Virus record (IMG/VR): IMGVR_UViG_3300035696_000037
Span: 6,744 to 70,743 of that record
Reading direction: 5' to 3' (one strand)
DNA length: 64,000 nt
From: a virus
Taxonomy: Duplodnaviria; Caudoviricetes
Of the stretch, positions 8,995-15,170 are shown piece after piece. The notes under the pieces are model-generated. The model was given only the letters and a program-made list of their open reading frames with translations, did not search any database and was not told where the DNA came from. The translations under genes were made by a program, and so were the position numbers. How positions within the stretch are numbered: the first letter of the stretch is position 1; each line of letters starts with the position of its first letter.

Positions 8995-9041
8995 GGGCGG
9001 AAATCAGAAGGGGGGTCGAAGTCCATAACGGTGCTCCGCCC
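8995..9041 (-). ncRNA. Structured RNA element E1 (variant class, core CCGTTATGGACTTC)
   Basis: Closing stem GGGCGG/CCGCCC preceded by GATTT as in E2-E4, but different internal sequence. Confidence 0.45.
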
Positions 9042-9050
9042 CCCTCTTTC

Positions 9051-9135
9051 GCCGGAAATCGCTGGACCTATTTGGCGAACCCGCCCTTTCGGGCGGGTTC
9101 CGAGTAGGATAGAAGGAAGGGCCAACATACCCGGC
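9051..9135 (-). ncRNA. Structured RNA element E2 (TTCCTTCTA motif family)
   Basis: GCCGG-GTATG-TTGGCCC-TTCCTTCTAT-[hairpin GAACCCGCCC-GAAA-GGGCGGGTTC]-AAATAG-GTCCAGC-GATTT-CCGGC. Confidence 0.7.
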
Positions 9136-9141
9136 TATTGC

Positions 9142-9219
9142 GGCTGGAAATTGCTGAACCTGCTCTAGGAGCCCCCGAAGGGGCGGTTAAGTTAGAAGGA
9201 AGGGTCAGCATGCCCAGTC
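9142..9219 (-). ncRNA. Structured RNA element E3 (TTCCTTCTA motif family)
   Basis: GACTGG-GCATG-CTGACCC-TTCCTTCTAA-[hairpin]-AGCAG-GTTCAGC-AATTT-CCAGCC. Confidence 0.7.
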
Positions 9220-9226
9220 CAAACTT

Positions 9227-9781
9227 TCATTTCTTTTCTTCGCCGGAAAAAAGCGGAGGCTCCGGCAAACCTGCGTACCTACGGCACACCAGATTGTCCT
9301 TGCCGTAGAGCGAAACCATGGGGTATCCATGCTCGCACGGGGGGTTGTCCTTAGATGATTCCAATATTTCTTCCGTCGTCATTGGCGGCTTTTCTTTTAT
9401 CTCCCCCAGCCGCCGCAAGAGACAGGCGTTGTGATGCCAGCGCAGGAAACCGCTGCCGTCCGCATGGAAGAAGGGGACAGGCATCCCAAGCTCCCCATGG
9501 AAGCTTGATGCTGGCGGACTGTCTATCGTCTGCCCGCAGTAGAAGCAAGCCTTGCCATCACCCTCCAGCCGCTCCGGGGGAAGCTTGAGGAGGAATTCTC
9601 CAAGTTCGTTGGCAGCAACCCATTTGCTGAGCGGAGGGTGGTATCCGAAGGTGTGGGAGGTAATAGTCACCGTCTCTCCCCGGCTGAGCTTCTCGTTCAT
9701 GGCCTGGGCCTCTTCAAGGGCCTTGTCTTCTTCGTCACGCCACTTCTTGATGAGTTCCTGCAACTGGCTCTTGATGCTCAT
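9227..9781 (-). CDS. Hypothetical protein (184 aa) with Cys/His clusters
   Basis: CFYC...HNAC and CEH...C; GGAGGG RBS; ATGA overlap with upstream gene. Confidence 0.6.
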   Translation of the reverse strand: MSIKSQLQELIKKWRDEEDKALEEAQAMNEKLSRGETVTITSHTFGYHPPLSKWVAANELGEFLLKLPPERLEGDGKACFYCGQTIDSPPASSFHGELGMPVPFFHADGSGFLRWHHNACLLRRLGEIKEKPPMTTEEILESSKDNPPCEHGYPMVSLYGKDNLVCRRYAGLPEPPLFSGEEKK

Positions 9782-10059
9782 ATTCCCTCCGTACCCGAGA
9801 ACGCCATGATGCCAAGCACGACGAGGACGCTGCTCTTGCCGGAGGCGAACGTGGTGGTGATTTTGGCCCCGTTCTTTACCCGCAGGTCGCATACCCAAAC
9901 GCTGCCATGCTTTATGGCGTCGGGCTTGCCAATGTTCATCCACGTGCCGCCCATGCTGTCCGTAACGGCGACGGCGGGGTCATCCTTGGCCTCCTCCACC
10001 ACCAAGATGTGGGTGCCCCCGGCTTCGAGCGAGACGAGGCTGGCCTCTACGGGACTCAT
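9778..10059 (-). CDS. Hypothetical protein (93 aa)
   Basis: ATGA overlap with the TerD-domain gene stop; true start MSPVEA inside a longer shadow ORF. Confidence 0.55.
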   Translation of the reverse strand: MSPVEASLVSLEAGGTHILVVEEAKDDPAVAVTDSMGGTWMNIGKPDAIKHGSVWVCDLRVKNGAKITTTFASGKSSVLVVLGIMAFSGTEGI

Positions 10060-12245
10060 GCAGACGCCCCCTTGGCTTTCTTGGGAGCATCGGCCATGAA
10101 TTCGGAGGCAAGCCTTTCGAGTTCGTACTGCGTCCCCTTGCGGACGGAGAACTCGACGTCGGCCTTCTTTGGGTCGTCCACGAGTGTTCCACGAGCCTTG
10201 GCATGCAGGAAAAGCAGGTCGTAGACGGTTGCCTTGTTGACGTGCGACAAAGCCTTGCCGAGAAGCTCGATGGTGCCCTTGCTGCTGGCGACGTTGTTCA
10301 CCCAGTAGTTGCCGGTCTCCATGGTAACGTCGCACCAGATGACCTCCCGCTCCTTGAGGTCGGCGATGAACGGGATTTCCGAACGGGACTTGCAGGTGAT
10401 GTCCGTGCGGTCCTCGACGGTCCTCGGGTCGTAGACCTCCCCGGACTGCGGCTTCTCCCGGAGCATCCAGCCCACGAAGCACTCGGGCAGCTCGTCGAAT
10501 CCCTGCGGGGTGTATCCGTGGACGGTCGTCACGACGTAGCGGACGTTGTGCGCCAGCGCCTTGCCGATGTCGATGTCGATGAACTCCGACGCCCCCTTGG
10601 GAGCGGAGCGGATGTCGCCGGAATGCCGGGCGAACGGGTTCTTAAGTTCGTAGTAGGTGATGTTCCCGACCTGCTGCCAGTCCTTGTCGTAGAACACCGC
10701 CGAGAGGTCGAGGTCAACGCGGGTCGTCCACGTGTCCTCGCACTCCTCGGACTGCATCCCGCCTTTCGGTTCCTTCCACCACAAGAACAGGCGGATGGTG
10801 TTCTTCTCCTCGAACCCGAATGGGGCGTGGCTTCCCCGCACGAGGGTGCGGAGAGACTTCGACGCCGACCTCTGGCTGAACGGCAGCAAGAAGCCCTTGA
10901 GGCCGGGGTCGAGATACACCCTGCCCAGCGCCGGAAGCTCGGCGAATCGGGCCTTCAGGGCAACCCTGATGCGGCGGGACACCGCCTTGGCGAACTCCGG
11001 GGCGAGAGGCGGCGGGGTAGGGATGGACATGACCTTCGCCATGTCCCCCTTCGGGAAAATGACCCTGTCCAGCCCGTCGTTGCGGTGGTCGAAATGCGCC
11101 ATCATCTGGAGCAGGACGGGGGTGCTCGCCTTCTTGGCCACGTCGGCAAAGGCCCTGATGGCCTCGTACCTTTGCGTGCGGGTCCGTGCCTTGCGGAGCA
11201 GGTGGTCGAGCCTGCGCCCGAACTCGCCCGGACGGTCGGAGAGAAGCTCGATGGCCGCCTTGACGTGCCCGGAACGGACGGACTCCTCCACCTTCGACCG
11301 GAAAGTCTGGGCGGTCTGGCCGTTGCGGATTGCCTGAATAGCTGAGAAAGCGTTGTGGTACTTGCCCCAGTAATCTCCGGGATGGAGGCGCTCAGACAGA
11401 CGAATCCACCGGCCTTCCCACCTGAGCATATCCTCTTCGAGGTTTGCGCCCTTGTCGAGTAGAGCGAGCAGCTTGCGCCGTTCACCCCTCTTGAACTTGC
11501 GGAACTTGGTCGGCTCAGCCAGAGACACGTCCCCACCACTCAACGCCACGGTGAGCCGCAGGACATCGGTAGCAGTCTTGAACTTGGGCAGAAACGCACC
11601 GGGGTTCCAGAAAATGTGGTCATTCTCGAACAACAGAGCGCCCACAAAGGCAAGAGTCTCCTTGTTGACAATCCCTTCCGGGAACTCTTCGGTGTCGGCG
11701 AGCAAAACCTTGAGGTCTTCCTTGTCGGTCGGCGACAGGGAGGTGTTGGAGGTCGCAAGCTGCCGGGCAAGCTCGGCGACGGTTTCCTTGGGGGCAAGCT
11801 TGAGCACGCGGAGCTTGACCTTCTCGTCGAGCGGCTCCCTCTTGTCCTTCTTGTACTTGGGCGTCCAGATGTAGTCGCGGTCGCCCGTGACGTCGGCGAG
11901 CCAGTCGGAGAAATAGGTCAGGATGGCGTTCAGGTATAGCTCCGCCTCGTCCATGTCGATGACCTGCTGCGGGAAGTTGGGGTACATTGGCCGGTAATGC
12001 TTGACGCCCTTGAGTTCCTTGACGACGTCGAGGATGCCTTCCAAGAAGCCCACGGACGCCTTCTCCGGGACGCAGGAAAGCCGGTCGAGGACGGACGGGG
12101 CGAGGATGTAGCCGATGTCCTGTAGGTTCTTGTTGAAGGTGGCAAGGATGGACTTGCTCGTATGCCCGGTTCCGACCTCGTCGGTGGGGATGGCGACGAA
12201 TCCCTTGCGCCGGATTAGAATCTCGTTCATCCTCTTGGCGTCCAT
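10056..12245 (-). CDS. Large protein (729 aa): alpha-helical N-terminal region plus C-terminal TerD-like domain
   Basis: C-terminal 'RVDLDLSAVFYD...HSGDIRSAPKGASEFIDIDI' is TerD-like; GGAGGAGG RBS. Confidence 0.75.
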   Translation of the reverse strand: MDAKRMNEILIRRKGFVAIPTDEVGTGHTSKSILATFNKNLQDIGYILAPSVLDRLSCVPEKASVGFLEGILDVVKELKGVKHYRPMYPNFPQQVIDMDEAELYLNAILTYFSDWLADVTGDRDYIWTPKYKKDKREPLDEKVKLRVLKLAPKETVAELARQLATSNTSLSPTDKEDLKVLLADTEEFPEGIVNKETLAFVGALLFENDHIFWNPGAFLPKFKTATDVLRLTVALSGGDVSLAEPTKFRKFKRGERRKLLALLDKGANLEEDMLRWEGRWIRLSERLHPGDYWGKYHNAFSAIQAIRNGQTAQTFRSKVEESVRSGHVKAAIELLSDRPGEFGRRLDHLLRKARTRTQRYEAIRAFADVAKKASTPVLLQMMAHFDHRNDGLDRVIFPKGDMAKVMSIPTPPPLAPEFAKAVSRRIRVALKARFAELPALGRVYLDPGLKGFLLPFSQRSASKSLRTLVRGSHAPFGFEEKNTIRLFLWWKEPKGGMQSEECEDTWTTRVDLDLSAVFYDKDWQQVGNITYYELKNPFARHSGDIRSAPKGASEFIDIDIGKALAHNVRYVVTTVHGYTPQGFDELPECFVGWMLREKPQSGEVYDPRTVEDRTDITCKSRSEIPFIADLKEREVIWCDVTMETGNYWVNNVASSKGTIELLGKALSHVNKATVYDLLFLHAKARGTLVDDPKKADVEFSVRKGTQYELERLASEFMADAPKKAKGASA

Positions 12246-12287
12246 ACGACCTCCTCCTGAATTCAGGTTAAAAAACGGCAGAAACGG

Positions 12288-12355
12288 GGCTGGAAATCAG
12301 GGAAGCTATTTTTCGCCAATGAAAGGTATAGAAGGAAGCGTCCCCATACCCAGCC
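12288..12355 (-). ncRNA. Structured RNA element E4 (5' leader of TerD-domain gene)
   Basis: GGCTGG-GTATG-GGGACGC-TTCCTTCTAT-...-AAATAG-CTTCCCT-GATTT-CCAGCC, starting just after a TATTAT box. Confidence 0.72.
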
Positions 12356-12362
12356 GCCACTC

Positions 12363-12372
12363 GTATAATACC
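12363..12372 (-). promoter_or_regulatory. Putative -10 element GGTATTATAC
   Basis: Recurrent motif located a few nt before E4. Confidence 0.5.
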
Positions 12373-12392
12373 GAGAATCCTAGAATGGTTTC

Positions 12393-12555
12393 CGGGGTGC
12401 CCTATGCGGCGTTCCCACGAGCGTCATCGTGGGCCTTCGACGCTGCCGCATGTCACTCATGTCCATGCCCGTTCCGGGGGACTGTCTTGGCTTGCCCCGG
12501 ACTGCCAGCGGGCAGGGGGAGGGGCGGTATGGTGACCACCGCATACGGCACCCCG
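12393..12555 (-). ncRNA. Candidate structured RNA / inverted-repeat element (163 nt)
   Basis: 17-nt terminal inverted repeat CGGGGTGCC-G-TATGCGG / CCGCATA-G-GGCACCCCG (1 mismatch) enclosing further hairpins; intergenic. Confidence 0.45.
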
Positions 12556-12563
12556 AATCGTCC

Positions 12564-13070
12564 CTAACGGGCCGGTAGGCGAGAGAGGGACACGTCCAAG
12601 TTCTGGACGCCCGGCTTGTCGAACATGAAGCGGACTTCGTAGGGCCGAAACCCGATGGCCTCGACGCGCAAGGTGTACTCGCCCATCGGCAACTGGAACG
12701 GGCCGAGCTTGTCGGTCGTGCCCGCATAGATGCCGTTGAGCGTGACGCGGGCATTGGGCGGGTTCGTGTCCAGAATCAACGCCACCACCGAGTCCCACGT
12801 GTACCCCGACTCCAAGTTGCAGCCCGCTTGGCAGGGGTTGCCGCTGGGGTAGGGACCGGGCTCGAAGGGCAGGCTGCCCATCCGGTAGCCATATCCGTAG
12901 CCATATCCGCTGCGCCCGAAGATGAGCCCCCCGGAGTAACCGTATCCATAGCCGTATCCGGCGCTGTAGGCGTGCGCCTCGCCGCCTGTGACCTGAATCC
13001 GGGGCGTTGGGGTGCCCTTGGCAAAGAGAGAGGAACAGACCAAAAGAAAAGCGATGAGCTTCGTCTGCAT
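12564..13070 (-). CDS. Exported PEGA-domain protein with Gly/Tyr-rich segment
   Basis: Signal-peptide-like N-terminus; 'LILDTNPPNARVTLNGIYAGTT...LPMGEYTLRVEAIGFRPY' PEGA pattern. Confidence 0.75.
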   Translation of the reverse strand: MQTKLIAFLLVCSSLFAKGTPTPRIQVTGGEAHAYSAGYGYGYGYSGGLIFGRSGYGYGYGYRMGSLPFEPGPYPSGNPCQAGCNLESGYTWDSVVALILDTNPPNARVTLNGIYAGTTDKLGPFQLPMGEYTLRVEAIGFRPYEVRFMFDKPGVQNLDVSLSRLPAR

Positions 13071-13101
13071 GGCATTGCCTCCTGCTTTGGTTTGAGACAG
13101 C

Positions 13102-13171
13102 CCGAGGAAACTGGGGAAGCTGGGGTTTGATTAGGTGTCAAGTTTAGAAGGAAGCGTCCCCATACCCTCGG
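13102..13171 (-). ncRNA. Structured RNA element E5 (5' leader of PEGA gene)
   Basis: CCGAGG-GTATG-GGGACGC-TTCCTTCTAA-...-CAG-CTTCCCC-AGTTT-CCTCGG; 23 nt identical to E4 core. Confidence 0.72.
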
Positions 13172-13182
13172 CACTGCAACCG

Positions 13183-13207
13183 ATAATACTACGGCTTCAC
13201 TGGTTTT
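13183..13207 (-). promoter_or_regulatory. Putative promoter (AAAACC-13 nt-TATTAT)
   Basis: Directly precedes E5. Confidence 0.45.
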
Positions 13208-13596
13208 TCGTCGGGATAAATACGGAGCTTCTTACCGGCCAATACCTCGATTCTCTGCCGGTAAACTTGCTTCCCGTACTCGTCCTCGATGCGGATGGTG
13301 TGCGTCCCCGCCTTGAGCCAGAACTTCCTGAGCGTGCCGGTCATCCCGGCGAACCCGCCGTCCACGTAGATGCGGTTGCCCACGGCCTTGGTCTTTATCT
13401 CCACCTTGCCAGCGGCGGAGATGACGACGTAGTTCGGCCCATACGGCCAATACGGGCCGAAGACCCCGCCCGGATACCCCACCGGGCCATAATATACGAT
13501 GTAATGCGGTCCGCCCCAACCCCAAACGGCCTTAGCTGGAGCACATACCGCAAGCGCCAAGAGGATGGCGGCAAGGCATGTCAATATCTTTTTCAT
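13189..13596 (-). CDS. Exported PEGA-like domain protein
   Basis: Signal peptide; 'NRIYVDGGFAG...LKAGTHTIRIE' PEGA-like pattern; GGAGGG RBS. Confidence 0.7.
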   Translation of the reverse strand: MKKILTCLAAILLALAVCAPAKAVWGWGGPHYIVYYGPVGYPGGVFGPYWPYGPNYVVISAAGKVEIKTKAVGNRIYVDGGFAGMTGTLRKFWLKAGTHTIRIEDEYGKQVYRQRIEVLAGKKLRIYPDEKPVKP

Positions 13597-13653
13597 GGCT
13601 GTCCCTCCACATCCATAGATACGGGAAGCCGGGAAAAAGTTGCTCGGACAATC

Positions 13654-14178
13654 CTATTGATTCCTTGTTGCTGCCGAGGCAAGATAGAACTTCGCCACCG
13701 GGTTGCCGGGGTCCATGCGCAGGACTTCCCGGAATTCCTTGGCGGCGTTCGCATCGTCCCCCTTGCCCTCGTATGCTTGGGCAAGGTACTGGTGGGCGTC
13801 TTGGTCTTGGCTGTTGCAGCGCAAGATGTACTGGAACTCGGCAATCGCCTTGTCCCATTCGCCCTTCCGGTTGAGCGCCATGCCGAGGTTGACATGGGCA
13901 TAATAGCTGTTGGGGTTGAGGTGGATTGCCTCGTGATACAGGTCGAGGGCCTTGTCCAGCTTGCCGAAGTTCTCAAGCTCGTCGGCCTGCTCCACGTAGA
14001 GGGCGGCGTTCTTGGGGTCCAAGTGCAAGGCCTTGCGGAACGCGGGCGTGGCACCCTCCCAGTCGAGGCTGGCCCATGAGGCGACCTCGGCGGCCCGGTT
14101 GGAGCAGCGGATGAGCAACGCTACGAGCAGTGCCAAGAGCAACGCCAAAACCGTGTGTTTCCATGTCCAGAAGTTCAT
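13654..14178 (-). CDS. Membrane-anchored TPR-repeat protein (174 aa)
   Basis: N-terminal hydrophobic segment then TPR consensus repeats (AIHLNPNSYYAHVNLGMAL...; VLRMDPGNPVA). Confidence 0.8.
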   Translation of the reverse strand: MNFWTWKHTVLALLLALLVALLIRCSNRAAEVASWASLDWEGATPAFRKALHLDPKNAALYVEQADELENFGKLDKALDLYHEAIHLNPNSYYAHVNLGMALNRKGEWDKAIAEFQYILRCNSQDQDAHQYLAQAYEGKGDDANAAKEFREVLRMDPGNPVAKFYLASAATRNQ

Positions 14179-14209
14179 CTTGTCCTCCTTGTTGTCTTTC
14201 CCCATTTAT

Positions 14210-14235
14210 AGTATACACCAAGGCAAGGCGATTCT
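14210..14235 (-). promoter_or_regulatory. Putative promoter (AGAATC-14 nt-TATACT)
   Basis: TG-TATACT just downstream of the tRNA array, upstream of the TPR gene. Confidence 0.5.
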
Positions 14236-14269
14236 GGGGGGATTCTTTACCTGCAAATCGTCGAAGAAT

Positions 14270-14343
14270 TGGTTCCGGGAACTGGACTCGAACCAATGTT
14301 CTCGGGTCCAAGGCCCGATGTCCTACCATTAGACGACCCCGGA
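14270..14343 (-). tRNA. tRNA-Gln (UUG), C at position 33
   Basis: Full cloverleaf, U1-A72, anticodon loop CCTTGGA, TTCGAGT T-loop, encoded CCA. Confidence 0.88.
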
Positions 14344-14348
14344 ATATC

Positions 14349-14436
14349 TGGCTGGGAAGGGAGGGCTCGAACCTCCATGAACATTAGATGTCTCCGACTT
14401 CAAAGGACGGCGTGTTGCCAATTACACCACTTCCCA
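14349..14436 (-). tRNA. tRNA-Gln (UUG) with long variable arm
   Basis: Acceptor TGGGAAG/CTTCCCA, G73, CCA; loop CTTTGAA; 17-nt variable region with GACAT/ATGTT stem. Confidence 0.8.
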
Positions 14437-14439
14437 AAA

Positions 14440-14525
14440 TGGAGCCGGGTGGGAGAGTCGAACTCCCGTGGGGTTTCCCCTCCTGCTTACAGGGCAGGCG
14501 CAATCGTCCGCTATGCGAACCCGAC
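14440..14525 (-). tRNA. tRNA-Thr (UGU) with long variable arm and C33
   Basis: Acceptor GTCGGGT/ACCCGGC, U73, CCA; stem CCTGC/GCAGG with loop CCTGTAA; variable arm GGGG-AAA-CCCC. Confidence 0.75.
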
Positions 14526-14531
14526 CAAGAT

Positions 14532-14720
14532 TTATAACCCCCCGACGTGCCAGCCTTTCCTCGGGGGGGACGCCAAGGCGGTTTCGGACATCCACAGGAC
14601 CTTCCACATGCCGGGCATGTCCCTGAAGTCGATGACCTTGCCTTCGCGCAGTTCGGGCTTGTCCTCGACCCAGCAGGTCGTCACCGTATTCCCGCACTGT
14701 ACCTTTACTTGACGCCACAT
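14532..14720 (-). CDS. Small protein (62 aa) embedded in the tRNA array
   Basis: ORF MWRQVKVQCGNT...GWHVGGL fills the gap between two tRNA-Thr genes. Confidence 0.5.
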   Translation of the reverse strand: MWRQVKVQCGNTVTTCWVEDKPELREGKVIDFRDMPGMWKVLWMSETALASPPRKGWHVGGL

Positions 14721-14724
14721 AAGA

Positions 14725-14798
14725 TGGAGCCGCCTGAGAGAATCGAACTCTCGTAACGTGCTTACCAAACACGGTCTCTGCCACTGAGATAAGGCGAC
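14725..14798 (-). tRNA. tRNA-Thr (GGU)
   Basis: Canonical cloverleaf, loop TTGGTAA, U73, CCA. Confidence 0.92.
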
Positions 14799-14806
14799 TA
14801 AACCTA

Positions 14807-14859
14807 TGACCGGGGCGGCGGACGCTCAATCCGCCCATACCCGACTAGCCTCCCGGTCA
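14807..14859 (-). ncRNA. 53-nt tRNA-like mini element (acceptor-like stem plus T-arm-like hairpin, no anticodon arm)
   Basis: TGACCGGG/CCCGGTCA closing stem; GGCGGA-TTGAGCG-TCCGCC hairpin stacked at the 3' side. Confidence 0.4.
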
Positions 14860-14863
14860 AACT

Positions 14864-14939
14864 TGGAGCCGACGACAGGCATCGAACCTGCGACCTCCTG
14901 CTTACGAGGCAGGCGTTCTGCCAACTGAACTACGTCGGC
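14864..14939 (-). tRNA. tRNA-Thr (CGU)
   Basis: Canonical cloverleaf, loop CTCGTAA, G1-C72/C2-G71, U73, CCA. Confidence 0.93.
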
Positions 14940-14999
14940 TCAAGGGACGCCACGAGGGCGACCCCAACTCCTCCCACTATGGTGGGTGAGCTAAAAATC

Positions 15000-15073
15000 T
15001 GGTCCAGTCGGGAAGAGTCGAACTTCCGTTGTGCGATTATCAGTCGCAAGTTCTGCCGTTGAACTAAGACTGG
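15000..15073 (-). tRNA. tRNA-Ile (GAU)
   Basis: Cloverleaf, loop CTGATAA, A73, CCA; one acceptor mismatch (T7:C66). Confidence 0.88.
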
Positions 15074-15089
15074 TCCTTAATTTAATCTT

Positions 15090-15164
15090 TGGTGCGCCCG
15101 GAAGGATTCAGACCTTCGTGACTCCCCTATCGAGGGAGCATATTTATCGCTATATGACAGGCGC
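15090..15164 (-). tRNA. Aberrant tRNA, most likely anticodon GAU (identity uncertain)
   Basis: All four stems pair and CCA is encoded, but T-loop is TCTGAAT, D-loop lacks GG, anticodon loop TCGATAG; acceptor GCGCCTG/CGGGCGC resembles tRNA-Arg. Confidence 0.6.
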
Positions 15165-15170
15165 AAAATC

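Noticed and set aside
8995-13171. CRISPR array interpretation of the repeated TTCCTTCTA elements
   Set aside because: The copies are dispersed and diverged, and lack regular repeat-spacer periodicity; no cas genes in the window.
14440-14525. tRNA-Tyr(GUA) call suggested by CTGTAA and the long variable arm
   Set aside because: The GTA register breaks the anticodon stem. The 5-bp stem gives TGT, and the acceptor end matches the neighbouring tRNA-Thr genes.
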